Made by a program: the position numbers and the translations under genes. DNA of 64,000 nucleotides. It comes from an uncultured Verrucomicrobiae bacterium (GTDB taxonomy: Bacteria > Verrucomicrobiota > Verrucomicrobiia > Limisphaerales > Palsa-1400). This document shows positions 47,556 through 57,853 of this stretch, one piece after another. The notes under the pieces were generated by a model. The model did not search any database, was not told the origin of the DNA, and saw only the letters and a program-made list of their open reading frames with translations. Position 1 is the stretch's first letter. Every line of letters starts with the position of its first letter. The stretch covers positions 2,144,001 to 2,208,000 of the forward strand of contig CAVXRD010000002.1 in the NCBI GenBank assembly GCA_963764165.1, read 5' to 3'.

Positions 47556-49240
47556 GGAGACTGTCTCAAAACGTTTTAGTCTGGCCGATCTGGTTATATG
47601 GGCACCAATAGGGGCTGTGGAAACGGGTGTCAACTTTTAGTTGTCAGAGCGTGGCTGGCGTCAGCGATGACGCCAAGCTTCCCTTTCCCTCCTTTTTTAG
47701 GCCGCCATCGCCAAATTTCCTTCAACCGCGGCGGTTTTGACTTCCATTTTCGGCGTCTGGACCCGGGCCTGCCACTTTTTATAGAGGATTCGCAGGTTCA
47801 AGGTGGCGCATAACAAGGCCCATTGGGCTTGCACGGCTTCCAGACCCCAAACTGTCCAACGCCGAAAGCCGTCGTGTTGCTTGAGCTGCCCAAACCGGCG
47901 TTCGATGATCTCTTTGCGCTTTCCATAAAGCGCGGCGGGTCCTGGCTCTTGCAGCCGGGCCCGCATGGCTTGCACCAGCGTGGTGTGCGGCCACACTTCG
48001 ACTTGCCGCCCTTTGGGATCGCGGCTGCAGAGGGCGCGCACGGGACAGTCTCGGTGATGGCAGCGGAAGCGCTCAACGGTCTGGCCTTTCTTGGTGGTCT
48101 GGCCTTCGTGGTCCAGAAGGCGCTCTTGCGGGCAGGTGACGGTGTGGGCCGCCTCGTCATAATGAAAATGCTGCGTCGCGTAGGCGTTGTCGTGGGCTGG
48201 CTTGCCCTCCGCCGGCGGGGCCAGCACATTCATCTGCTGTTCCACGGCCGCTTTCAAGTCGGCCCCGCCCCCATAGCCGGCGTCGGCGGCGGTGAGGGTT
48301 GGAATGGCCGCCGGACCGAGGTTTTGCCTCGCTTCTTCAATCATGGGGACCAGCTGGCCGGCGTCGGTTTCCTGGCGGGTGGCTTGACAGGCGACCATGA
48401 TGCCCTCCTGGCTGTCGGCCACCGCCTGGGCGTTGTAGGCAAAGCGGTTGGTGTCGCCGACTTTCATCCGGCGCGCCTCCGGTTCGGCTGGATGGTAATG
48501 GTGGCGCCCGTCGGCCTGCAGCTGGGCCAGGCCTTTTTTGATTTCCTCGCGCAGGGCCTGGCGCTGGGCCAACCCGGCGGGCAGCCGGCAGCCCGGTGCG
48601 CTGGAATCCTGGTTCTCCGCCACGACTTTGAGCTCGATTTCCTCCAAGGCGCCATCCAGCTGGGCCAGGAGCTTCTCCATGTAAACCTTGCTCCAGCCCT
48701 GCGGCCCGCTGCAGGCGGCTTGAATCTTGGTGCCGTCCAACGCTTGCAAGGCAAATCCCACCGCCCCGGTGCGGAGGGCCAGCTGCACGGTTTGCTTGAA
48801 AACCTGGCGCAGGGCCTTTTTGTTTCCGTCCCAGAACCGCCAGAGGCTGTTGTGGTCGGGGGCGTTGAGCCCCGTCAGCCACAGCAGCGAGACATGCTCC
48901 GTGCAGGCGGTTTCCAGCTTGCGGGTGGAGCGAATGCGGTGGAAATAACCGTAAAGCCAAATCTTGAGCCGGAGGCTGGGGGCATAGGGCGGACGGCCTT
49001 CGGCGGCGGCGGGAATGACAAACCCAAGCTGGGGCAGATCCAACTGGTCGACAAATTCGCGCAGGAAGCGGGCGGGATGGTCGGCGGACACCCAGTCCTC
49101 CAGGGCGGGCGGGAGGAGGAACTGCTGTCCGTAATCAGGGGCAATCGGTTGAGCCATATTTGTTGAACGGCATTGTCAACTAAAGGCTCACATATTGTCA
49201 AATACATTCCTCAAAAAACAGAAGTTTTGAGACAATCTCC
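47556..49240 (-). mobile_element. IS1182-family insertion sequence (1685 bp) inserted in a REP
   Basis: Terminal inverted repeats GGAGACTGTCTCAAAAC and GTTTTGAGACAATCTCC (16/17 match); REP halves at 47540-47555 and 49241-49252. Confidence 0.9.
47697..49157 (-). CDS. IS1182-family DDE transposase
   Basis: LLPPALEDWV..DHPA, GRPPY, LYGY, DGTKI, YNAQ, ADAGY, ERRFGQLK. Confidence 0.93.
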   Translation of the reverse strand: MAQPIAPDYGQQFLLPPALEDWVSADHPARFLREFVDQLDLPQLGFVIPAAAEGRPPYAPSLRLKIWLYGYFHRIRSTRKLETACTEHVSLLWLTGLNAPDHNSLWRFWDGNKKALRQVFKQTVQLALRTGAVGFALQALDGTKIQAACSGPQGWSKVYMEKLLAQLDGALEEIELKVVAENQDSSAPGCRLPAGLAQRQALREEIKKGLAQLQADGRHHYHPAEPEARRMKVGDTNRFAYNAQAVADSQEGIMVACQATRQETDAGQLVPMIEEARQNLGPAAIPTLTAADAGYGGGADLKAAVEQQMNVLAPPAEGKPAHDNAYATQHFHYDEAAHTVTCPQERLLDHEGQTTKKGQTVERFRCHHRDCPVRALCSRDPKGRQVEVWPHTTLVQAMRARLQEPGPAALYGKRKEIIERRFGQLKQHDGFRRWTVWGLEAVQAQWALLCATLNLRILYKKWQARVQTPKMEVKTAAVEGNLAMAA

Positions 49241-49359
49241 GCCGAGGCGTCCGGGGATGTGGAGGTTTGTGGACGCATAAATTCGCGCATAGATTCGCGA
49301 AAGACTTTTTATGCGGAGCTTTTAAGAAGAAAATCGCGCTGGGACCCTGCCACGGCCTC

Positions 49360-49385
49360 GGACGCCTCGGCGAGGCGTCCCCACC
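49360..49385 (-). repeat. REP family A copy (partner of the IS-split REP)
   Basis: GGACGCCTCGGCGAGGCGTCCCCACC. Confidence 0.85.
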
Positions 49386-49461
49386 TTGATTAGTCGCTTC
49401 GCGATGGTTGAGCCGTGAATTCGCTTGCTACTCTTGCGATAATTTGCGAAGTCCTTTGGCG

Positions 49462-49902
49462 ATGAAAAAACCTGCAGCGTCGAAATCCGGTTCTCCTCGT
49501 GATTTGACGCTGGTTCGTCAAAAACTTTTGCGCCTCGCCCAGGGCGCGATGAAGAATGCCTACGCGCCTTACTCGAATTTCCACGTTGGGGCCGCGATCC
49601 AGCTTTCAGACGGACGCGTCTTCACCGGTTGCAATGTCGAAAATGCCTCCTACGGCCTGACCATTTGCGCTGAGCGAAACGCTGTCTTCGCTGCGGTGGC
49701 CGCCAGCAAAAAGAAAATTGAGATTATCGCGGTGGCTGTGCTGAATCACCGGAAAGCGCCTTGCTCGCCGTGCGGCGCGTGCCGCCAGGTTTTGGCGGAA
49801 TTCGGTCCAGAGGCGGTCGTCTGGTACTTGGGCGCGGATGGCATCAGCCAGCGCACGATGAGGGAATTGCTGGTCGACGGCTTTGTTTTACTTGACAGTT
49901 AA
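49462..49902 (+). CDS. cdd: Cytidine deaminase
   Basis: AYAPYSNF, NVENASYGLTICAER, SPCGACRQ. Confidence 0.95.
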   Translation: MKKPAASKSGSPRDLTLVRQKLLRLAQGAMKNAYAPYSNFHVGAAIQLSDGRVFTGCNVENASYGLTICAERNAVFAAVAASKKKIEIIAVAVLNHRKAPCSPCGACRQVLAEFGPEAVVWYLGADGISQRTMRELLVDGFVLLDS

Positions 49903-51233
49903 TGCGACCTGTTGAGCTGATCCGCAAGAAGCGAGACGGCGGCGAACATTCCGCCGCGGAAATTTCGTCCCTCATTGAATCTTTCACCCGCGGCGATGTG
50001 CCGGATTACCAGATGTCCGCCTGGATGATGGCTGTTTTGTGGCGCGGCATGACCAGCGCCGAAACCGCGGCGCTGACCGGCGCGATGATGCGTTCCGGCA
50101 GCATCATGAATCTCGCCGAAATTCCCGGCCCGAAAGTCGACAAGCATTCCACCGGCGGTGTTGGTGACAAGACGTCGCTCATTCTCGCGCCCATTGCGGC
50201 CGCGGGCGGGCTGATCGTGCCGATGATCAGCGGACGCGGGCTTGGCCATACCGGCGGCACGCTTGATAAACTGGAAGCCATTCCGGGATTTTCAGTGAAC
50301 CTCAGCCCGGCGCAATTCATTCGCGCGCTGCAAGTGAACGGCTGCGCGCTGGCTGGCCAGACGGCGGAACTCGTCCCCGCTGACAAGCGCATGTATGCCT
50401 TGCGTGATGTCACATGCACGGTAGAAAGCCCGTCGCTCATTTGCGCGAGCATCATGAGCAAAAAGCTTGCGGAAGGAATCGACGCGCTTGTGCTGGATGT
50501 GAAGACCGGCTCGGGCGCCTTCATGAGGCGGCAGGAAGACGCCGAGCATCTCGCGCGAATGATGGTGGAAACCGGCGCGCACATGGGGAAAAAAATGGCC
50601 GCGCTCATCACTGATATGGACCAGCCGCTCGGCCGCGCGGTCGGCCATTCGCTTGAGATTGCGGAGTGCCTGGAAATTCTCGGCGGCGCCCGCGATCCAT
50701 TGAGCGAAGACTTGCGCACGCTGTCAATTGAACTTGCGGCCTGGATGTTTTGCCTCGGCGGGCTTGCGCCTGATGTCGAGCGCGGCCTGCAATTGGCGGA
50801 GGAGAAAATCTCCGATGGAAGCGCGTTGAAGAGATTTCATTCAATTTGCCAGGAACAGGGCGCAGCAAAGGCATTTCAATTGCCGAAGGCGAAATTCACC
50901 GCTGAATTCACGGCTGACTCGACGGGATTCATCACTCAAATTCAATGCGAAAAAGTTGGGATCACCAGCCTTGTGCTCGGCGGCGGGCGCAGCAAACAAG
51001 ACGACGTTATCGACCATGCCGTCGGACTTGAGATTCACAAAAAACTCGGCGACGCCGTGGGCGCGGGCGAGGCGATTGCGACGGTGCATTACAACAACCC
51101 TGCGCAGTTGCCCGAGGCGCTGCGCCTTTTGCGTGAGGCTTACAGCATTGGCCCGCAATCCCCGGCTGGCTCGCGCGTTCTCATCAAAAAAATCATCCAA
51201 GGAACCCCATGCAACAATTCACCGGCATTTTAG
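49902..51233 (+). CDS. pdp: Pyrimidine-nucleoside / thymidine phosphorylase
   Basis: DKHSTGGVGDK, SGRGLGHTGGTLDKLE, SIMSKK. Confidence 0.95.
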   Translation: MRPVELIRKKRDGGEHSAAEISSLIESFTRGDVPDYQMSAWMMAVLWRGMTSAETAALTGAMMRSGSIMNLAEIPGPKVDKHSTGGVGDKTSLILAPIAAAGGLIVPMISGRGLGHTGGTLDKLEAIPGFSVNLSPAQFIRALQVNGCALAGQTAELVPADKRMYALRDVTCTVESPSLICASIMSKKLAEGIDALVLDVKTGSGAFMRRQEDAEHLARMMVETGAHMGKKMAALITDMDQPLGRAVGHSLEIAECLEILGGARDPLSEDLRTLSIELAAWMFCLGGLAPDVERGLQLAEEKISDGSALKRFHSICQEQGAAKAFQLPKAKFTAEFTADSTGFITQIQCEKVGITSLVLGGGRSKQDDVIDHAVGLEIHKKLGDAVGAGEAIATVHYNNPAQLPEALRLLREAYSIGPQSPAGSRVLIKKIIQGTPCNNSPAF

Positions 51234-52465
51234 GCATCCTGGCGATCATCGCGGCGTGCTGGGCCTGCTCCACCAACCGCAAAGCCATCAAATGGAAAAT
51301 CGTTGGCTGGGGGCTCGCCTTGCAACTGCTCTTCGCCATCCTCGTCTTAAAGTGGGATTGGGGCCAAAAAGCCATGGCGCACGCGGGGGACGCGGTCAGC
51401 AATTTGCTTGGCTACGCGAATGCAGGAGCGACGTTTGTGTTCGGTCCGCTGGCCGATGGAACCACCCAGCATAGCTTTGCGCTGGTGGAAAATTTGAAGC
51501 AGGGCGGGTTCGTGTTCGCATTTGTCATTCTGCCGACAATTATCTTCATGGCGGCGTTTTTCGCGGTGCTCTACCACTTCGGCATCATGCAAGCCATCAT
51601 CAAAGGCGCGGCGTGGATCATGACGCGGCTGATGGGCGTGAGCGGGGCGGAATCGCTCGACGTGGCCGCCAGCATTTTCATGGGGCAAACCGAAGCGCCG
51701 CTCACCATCCGCCCCTTCCTCGAAAAATTGACGAAGTCCGAAATGATGACGGTGATGACGGCTGGCATGGCGCACGTCAGCGGGGGAATTATGGCGGCTT
51801 ATGTCTTTCAAGGCGTGCAATTGAAGCATCTTCTCGGCGCGGTCATCATGACGGCGCCCGGAACACTGCTCATTTCCAAGATGCTCGTGCCCGAAACCGA
51901 AGTGCCGGTCAGCGGCAGCAAAATCCATTTGGAGGACGCGGACGAAACGAAGCGCGGCAATCTTCTCGGCGCGATTTCCCACGGCACAAGCGACGGCCTA
52001 AATTTGGCCATCAATGTCGCCGCCATGTTGATCGCATTCCTCTCATTAATCGCGCTGGTCAATGGCCTGATGGGCTGGGTGCATGTTCACTGGGACAAAT
52101 TCCCGGTGGATTTGCAAACAGTCCTAGGATGGCTTTTCGCGCCAATCGCGTGGCTGATCGGAATCCCTTGGAAAGACTCGCTCCACATCGGCAGCTTGCT
52201 GGGGATTCGAATGGTGGGGAATGAGCTGATTGCTTATGGCCAAATGAACGCGTGGCATGCCGACCTTGAAGCCCGCTCGATCACGATTGCGACCTTCGCC
52301 CTTTGCGGATTTGCGAACCTCAGTTCGATCGGGATTCAAATCGGCGGCATCGGCGCGCTGGCGCCTTCGCGAAAGGACGATCTGGCGAAACTCGGTTTCC
52401 GCGCCATGCTGGCCGGCACGATGGCCAATCTCATCTCCGCCGCCATTGTCAGCATGATGATATAA
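51209..52465 (+). CDS. nupC: CNT-family nucleoside transporter
   Basis: GQTEAP, MTAPG, ALCGFANLSSIGIQIGG. Confidence 0.93.
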   Translation: MQQFTGILGILAIIAACWACSTNRKAIKWKIVGWGLALQLLFAILVLKWDWGQKAMAHAGDAVSNLLGYANAGATFVFGPLADGTTQHSFALVENLKQGGFVFAFVILPTIIFMAAFFAVLYHFGIMQAIIKGAAWIMTRLMGVSGAESLDVAASIFMGQTEAPLTIRPFLEKLTKSEMMTVMTAGMAHVSGGIMAAYVFQGVQLKHLLGAVIMTAPGTLLISKMLVPETEVPVSGSKIHLEDADETKRGNLLGAISHGTSDGLNLAINVAAMLIAFLSLIALVNGLMGWVHVHWDKFPVDLQTVLGWLFAPIAWLIGIPWKDSLHIGSLLGIRMVGNELIAYGQMNAWHADLEARSITIATFALCGFANLSSIGIQIGGIGALAPSRKDDLAKLGFRAMLAGTMANLISAAIVSMMI

Positions 52466-52472
52466 ATTTGTA

Positions 52473-53156
52473 CTATACAGCCGAGAGCAACTCGTTGCGG
52501 GCTTGAACCACGAGGACCATTTCGAGCGCGTCCGGCAATCGCTCGAACAACGGAGCAAGAATGTTCTCCATCTCGGCCGCGGTGACTTGCGTTCCGCGCC
52601 GCGCGGACTCGGCCAGCGCGCGCAATGTTTCCTGGGCGTAATAAAGGAGCGCCTGCCGAATTGGCAGCGAGTAAACTGCCAGCGTCAGGCCGAACACCAT
52701 GGTGTGCCAGCCATGAGCCTTGCCCGAATCCACCGCCGCCAAGTACCTTTGGACCTGGCGGTCGTCCCGCAGCGGGCGCAGGCGGGCCAGGTGCAGGCGG
52801 CCCATCTGGCGGCTCGGTTCGAGAAAAGGCGTGCCCGCCAAATCTTGGGCGAGACGATGATCGCGTTCGATTAATTCGCGTCCCTGGCCGCGCCTCGCGT
52901 GTTCGCAGGCGGCGACAATGGCGGGCCATTCGCACGGAAGCAGCAGCCGCGTCAGATAACCGTCAAGAAATTGGGAAAGAGAAGCCGGGCCGTCAACCAT
53001 TGCCGATGTGAATGGGTCGTGCGTTACGGTCATGACGCCAGGGGAGCCGACGTTGGTCAGGAGAGCGCGGAACTCATCATACAGGCTTTCCGCTTCGCTC
53101 CCGGCGGCATCCGTTGCCACAGTGCAACGGAATGCATTCTTTTCGTTGGGCGTCAT
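52473..53156 (-). CDS. UreF-like urease accessory family protein
   Basis: Helical protein with SRQMGR and HGWHTMVFG segments resembling the UreF core; no urease genes nearby. Confidence 0.5.
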   Translation of the reverse strand: MTPNEKNAFRCTVATDAAGSEAESLYDEFRALLTNVGSPGVMTVTHDPFTSAMVDGPASLSQFLDGYLTRLLLPCEWPAIVAACEHARRGQGRELIERDHRLAQDLAGTPFLEPSRQMGRLHLARLRPLRDDRQVQRYLAAVDSGKAHGWHTMVFGLTLAVYSLPIRQALLYYAQETLRALAESARRGTQVTAAEMENILAPLFERLPDALEMVLVVQARNELLSAV

Positions 53157-53305
53157 TAAGCGCTATGCAACCAAGATAGGGGCCGCCACGAGTCCGTCCA
53201 GTGGTAAAACTGCTCATGTCGAAACTTTTTAAGTTGCTTTTCCCGCGGCAACACGCGTCAGGCGGAATGCCACCTCGGGCAATTCACGAACGGCGCTTCT
53301 GCCCG

Positions 53306-56300
53306 TCAAGGTTTTCCTGGCAGGATCACCGTGACGCGTCCGACATATTTCGCAAGCAGCGGACCCCCGCGGTTCTGATCATCACCCGGATTTGTCGCAA
53401 TTGGAGCGGCATTTGCCTCCGCTTTCTGCGTATTGCCCGCTTGGGCGGATGCTGTCTGGCTGCTCGCGGTGGCGGTCGCCGTGGCAGGCAGGGCGGACTG
53501 CGCTCCGCCGCCGGACACGTTTTGCGCGAGGGCAACGCCGGTAAACGCGCCGCCGGCCACGTTGACGTTGCCAACGGCAATAATAGTCCCGCTGATCGAA
53601 CCGCCGCTGGTGACAAGCCCGACGGTGCCCCCGGCCACATCCGTCACGTCAATCGTGTTCCCGTAAATGACGGAATTTCCGGTGGAGATGAAAAGCCCAT
53701 TTACCTTGCCAGTCGCCTTGGCAACCGTATTGATGGAAATGACTCCCGAGTCGCCCGCGTCAATGTTTCCATTGTAAAGGACCTGGCCGTCCGGCCCAAA
53801 GGTTCCCGCCGACAACGTAACGGTCGGCGCGAGCGAGGTGTTGCCGTTCTCCGGCTGCTGCGTGATGCCCCCCACGCTGGCTTCAATATTTCCACGCGGC
53901 GTGAGGACCGTGATGTTGCCAGGCGCAAGGCTCGACGGTGAATCAGGCAGTGTCGTGGCCAGAATTCCGCTCCCGGCGATCGGCTGCTGCGGCGTGGTCA
54001 CTGTGGTGCCGTTGACATTCACTTCATTCACCAGGATTTCCTGCAAATTCCCGTTGCCGGCATTGACGTTGCCGGTGAGCGATTCCACAAAAACATTGCC
54101 GCCGTCGAATGTCGCGATGCGCGATCCGGCGATGTTGATGTTGCCGTCGGCGATGACCGTCACGTCGCTGTCCCCGGAAGTCCAGATGCCGTGCGGAACG
54201 TAGGGGGATTGAATCGGGAGATTCGCCAGGCCGGCATTAATGACGCCACCGACGTCTATATTAATCGCGCCGCCGTACCACGAGCTAATCTCTGAGGCGA
54301 ACATGTCAAGGTCGCCCGCGAGCTTGATGTTGATGGACGCCCCCGTGGATGCAATTTTTGCCAGCGCGTTATTAACGGCTGGGCCAACGGAGCTGATGCC
54401 TTGGGCCGCAACACCGAGATTCATCGACTGAGCGGTGATGCTTAATGCGCCCGGGCCGCCGATGACAATTCCCTGCGCGGCATTGGCGAGGCTGACAGAA
54501 TTCTGGCTCTGCGCATACAACGCCTGAATGGCCGAAATCAAGGCGGGCGAATTGGCGAAGGTCGCGGTGGTCGTCACGTAATCGCCGGAAGCGTTCAGTA
54601 TCGGCTGGCCGCCGGCGGTGTATGTCTTTTCCTTGAGCGTGCCGAGCAGGAGCGCTTCGACTGCCGAGCTCATAATCCCGTCGTAGCCCAGTTGATGGGT
54701 GTTCGGCAAATAGAACAGGCTCAAGCTCGGAAAAAGCTGTCCGCCATTCGGGGAACTTGGGCCGGAGCCGGGGACGACCGCATTCTGCAGGAGCTGCAAA
54801 ACGCTCGTCAGCGCCCCCGGATACAGCGGAGGCGGGGCATATAGCGACGTCGACAAAGTGACGAGCGCATAGGTGTTTTGATCAAAAATCTGCCCGGCCA
54901 CGTGAAAGAACGTCACGTCGCCGCTGTGCAAATTCTGGCCGCTGAAGCTCAAGTTGTTCATGCTGCCGCCGACGGTGACCTGGGTTTCCTTGGGTGAAAT
55001 GATGGTCACGTCGTCAAGATCTCCAGCTATGTTGAAAACAACCGGCTGGGAATTGTGGATTTGAATCGGAGTCGCGCCGTGGTTGTTCGCGAAATCAGTC
55101 TGGCCCTGCACCCAGCGGGTGGCGCTGCTATCGGACATGGCGAGCGTGAAGCCATTGCCCTCGAAACTCCCGGGCGGCGGCGAACCGGCTGCCGCGACCG
55201 TGCCAGCCGGGACAGTTGTATTGACAGTCAAATTGCCGTGGGCGGACGGGAAAAGCGTCAGACTGTTGCCGAGCGAAATGCCGCCTGCGCCCGCGTCAAT
55301 GGTCAGTGTCGGCGGATAAATAATGGGGACTAGCGCCGAAGAATCGCGCGGAACATCAGCGCCGACCAAATTCACGGCGCTGCCCGCGTCCAAGGTGACT
55401 GATGCGTAAGGGCTGTAATTGAAGATATTGTTTTGCGACGCGGCCGATCCAATGCCGCTGGCGTTCAACGCGCCGTTCGGATTTCGCACCTCCTGCAAAT
55501 TGATGCTGCCATTGGGCGCATTGACGACCCAGCTTCCCGTGGCCAGGCTCAAGGCCAGCAGCGAGCTGATGCTGGTGGACGAACCGGCGCTCCCGGTCAG
55601 CGCCGTAATCGTGCTCGGCACGACGACTCCGTTCTCCGTGCTGTTCGCCGCCACATAATGGCCGTAAACGCTTCCGCCAGCCGTGACCGTTACGACTCCC
55701 GGCTGCGTGCCGAACGCGCCCGAGCCTGCGTCAGTCGGGCTGGTGCTGGACCCGGTTGGAAGATAGCTGGTGACGTTTCCGCCCGCGGTAATGTTGACGT
55801 TGCCGCCTGCCGCCGTGCTGATGCCGCCCAGCAGCGACGAGACGCCACCCAAAAGGAAGGTGTAACCGTTTTGGTTCTGGCCCGCGTTCACGCTTCCGGT
55901 CACCGCATCCACGCTGACGTTTCCTCCGTTGAAGGTTGCGATTGCGCCGGTGCCTACGGTCACGGAATTTGCGGCCACAACGTTGATGGCCCCGTTTTGC
56001 GACTGCAACGTTCCACTGCCACTCAAGGTTACCGAGCCGGTGCCGGAAGCATTGACAGCGTTTTGGCTGGCAAACGTCGCGCCAGCCACCACATCCAGCG
56101 ACCAATCCTGTCCAGCCGTGATGCCTCCGCTCATGGTGACGTTGCCGGCTGCCTGCATGGTCAAGCTGGCGGGCGTGGTGCTGTCGGAAAGATTCCAGCC
56201 GGAGAAGCCGCCGAGGGTGATGTTCCCGCCCATCGCCTGCATGAGGATGTTGCCGCCCGCGGATGAGGAAAGACTTCCTGTCCCAATCGAAATCCCATTT

Positions 56301-57742
56301 CCGGCGATCAAGTTGATGCCGCCATTCTCCGACTGAACGCCTGCGCTGCCGGACATCGTGATATTGCCCGTGCCCGCGGTCACGCCCGTGGGCGTGTTGA
56401 AATTGGCGCCGGCGATCAGATTCAAGCTCCAGTTTTGCCCCAGGTTCAAGCGGTCACCGCTGTTGAACGTGATGTTGTTTCCGGCCTGCAGCGTAAGCGT
56501 CGTCGCGCTCGCGCTGTCGGGCAGAGTCCAGGTCGAGGCAAGCGTGATATTTCCCGAGGCTTGGAGAAGGATTTGCGAGAACGAATCCAGCGAATTGGGA
56601 TTCAAGGTCAAAGTCGAGGGCGACGAGCCTTCCGTCACGGTCCCAGAAGTGGCTGTTGAACCGGAAGTGCTAAGAGTGATGTTCACTGGGTCAATTGTCA
56701 GCCTGCCATCCGTCCAGCCCGCCTCGGCGCGCCCGTCGATTTGGGAATTGATCGCGCCGAGCTGCGACGCGGAAACTTCCACCTTGCCGCCGTTGCCACC
56801 CTGCGCCCCTCCGGCCACGCTGATGGATGAGTTGGCGGTATCCGAAAATGTCCCGCCGGATTTGATCGTGACTTGTCCGCCGGAACTCGTTCCCTGGGAG
56901 TCGCCCTGGGCGGAAATCGTCGATCCGTCTGTCAAGTTAACAGCCTGGCTGGCGACGATCTCGATGACGCCGTCTTTCTGCTGGACCGAGTTAGCCTGGA
57001 TGAATCCGCCTTGGTTCACGACCTGCGCGTTCAGCGCGATGGTGCCTGCATCGGCGATGAGCTTGCCGGTATTATCCACCGATCCTTCCGGCAGCGTCAC
57101 TTGAGCGCTGAAGCCGCGCCCATCGGCCCGGGAAGAAATTAGGACATCTTCGCCAGCATAGAGGCCAATTTTCCCTCCGGGCGCGGTGATGGTGCCATTG
57201 TTTTGGATGTCGCGGCTGATAAGAAACACGGAACCGTTTGGCCCGGCATTGATCTCGCCGTAATTGATGATGCTCGCTGTGGGAGGAGGCGCGGAAAAGT
57301 CCCACGAGCCGCCGCCGAACACGTTGAGCGGAACGGTGGGCGCGGTTGTCATGATCAGCCCAGCCGCGTTGATCACCGCATTGCCGCCCACGTAAAAGCC
57401 CGATTGATTCTGGAGAATGATGTAGCCGTTCGCGTCCAGATGCCCCAAAATTTGGGTGGGGTTCGGATCTGTAATATGGTTCCAAACCACCGAGGTCGAA
57501 GTGGGTTCGATAAACACGGTTGTTTGGTTCGCGCCGATATTGAAACTCGACCAGTTGATGACCGTGTTATTGCCCGTGTGGATCGTCGTTTGCGAGCCCG
57601 TTGTCGTGACGGTCGCGGAGCCTTGGGTGACAACCGGATGCGTCGGGTTGGCGAACACCAGGGCCGGTGCAGCCACGGCAGCCACCATCAGAAGGCGGCG
57701 GCCCCCCATTTTATTGAACGACCGATTTGAAAAATTTTGCAT
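53306..57742 (-). CDS. Filamentous-haemagglutinin-family TpsA exoprotein (1478 aa)
   Basis: Signal peptide ending VFA-NP; TPS domain (INWSSFNIG, GHLDANGYIILQNQSG); Gly-rich beta-helix repeats; DUF3739-like C-terminal GNIDAGDSG. Confidence 0.88.
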   Translation of the reverse strand: MQNFSNRSFNKMGGRRLLMVAAVAAPALVFANPTHPVVTQGSATVTTTGSQTTIHTGNNTVINWSSFNIGANQTTVFIEPTSTSVVWNHITDPNPTQILGHLDANGYIILQNQSGFYVGGNAVINAAGLIMTTAPTVPLNVFGGGSWDFSAPPPTASIINYGEINAGPNGSVFLISRDIQNNGTITAPGGKIGLYAGEDVLISSRADGRGFSAQVTLPEGSVDNTGKLIADAGTIALNAQVVNQGGFIQANSVQQKDGVIEIVASQAVNLTDGSTISAQGDSQGTSSGGQVTIKSGGTFSDTANSSISVAGGAQGGNGGKVEVSASQLGAINSQIDGRAEAGWTDGRLTIDPVNITLSTSGSTATSGTVTEGSSPSTLTLNPNSLDSFSQILLQASGNITLASTWTLPDSASATTLTLQAGNNITFNSGDRLNLGQNWSLNLIAGANFNTPTGVTAGTGNITMSGSAGVQSENGGINLIAGNGISIGTGSLSSSAGGNILMQAMGGNITLGGFSGWNLSDSTTPASLTMQAAGNVTMSGGITAGQDWSLDVVAGATFASQNAVNASGTGSVTLSGSGTLQSQNGAINVVAANSVTVGTGAIATFNGGNVSVDAVTGSVNAGQNQNGYTFLLGGVSSLLGGISTAAGGNVNITAGGNVTSYLPTGSSTSPTDAGSGAFGTQPGVVTVTAGGSVYGHYVAANSTENGVVVPSTITALTGSAGSSTSISSLLALSLATGSWVVNAPNGSINLQEVRNPNGALNASGIGSAASQNNIFNYSPYASVTLDAGSAVNLVGADVPRDSSALVPIIYPPTLTIDAGAGGISLGNSLTLFPSAHGNLTVNTTVPAGTVAAAGSPPPGSFEGNGFTLAMSDSSATRWVQGQTDFANNHGATPIQIHNSQPVVFNIAGDLDDVTIISPKETQVTVGGSMNNLSFSGQNLHSGDVTFFHVAGQIFDQNTYALVTLSTSLYAPPPLYPGALTSVLQLLQNAVVPGSGPSSPNGGQLFPSLSLFYLPNTHQLGYDGIMSSAVEALLLGTLKEKTYTAGGQPILNASGDYVTTTATFANSPALISAIQALYAQSQNSVSLANAAQGIVIGGPGALSITAQSMNLGVAAQGISSVGPAVNNALAKIASTGASINIKLAGDLDMFASEISSWYGGAINIDVGGVINAGLANLPIQSPYVPHGIWTSGDSDVTVIADGNINIAGSRIATFDGGNVFVESLTGNVNAGNGNLQEILVNEVNVNGTTVTTPQQPIAGSGILATTLPDSPSSLAPGNITVLTPRGNIEASVGGITQQPENGNTSLAPTVTLSAGTFGPDGQVLYNGNIDAGDSGVISINTVAKATGKVNGLFISTGNSVIYGNTIDVTDVAGGTVGLVTSGGSISGTIIAVGNVNVAGGAFTGVALAQNVSGGGAQSALPATATATASSQTASAQAGNTQKAEANAAPIATNPGDDQNRGGPLLAKYVGRVTVILPGKP

Positions 57743-57853
57743 ATGACGTCTGACGTGTCGAATCGCCAGACTATCCTGTCCCCGGCCACGCAGGAAGGGC
57801 GGCAATGTTAATTTTGCGTGACGAACACCGCCACCGATTTGGAACCCTTGATT

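Noticed and set aside
25045..49385. Family A repeats as a CRISPR array
   Set aside because: They are dispersed and inverted rather than tandem with regular spacers; no cas genes.
49462..52465. cdd-pdp-nupC cluster as a novel system
   Set aside because: Ordinary pyrimidine nucleoside salvage operon.
53306..57742. Contact-dependent inhibition (CdiA) toxin
   Set aside because: No VENN or pre-toxin motif, no toxin-like C-terminus and no small immunity gene.
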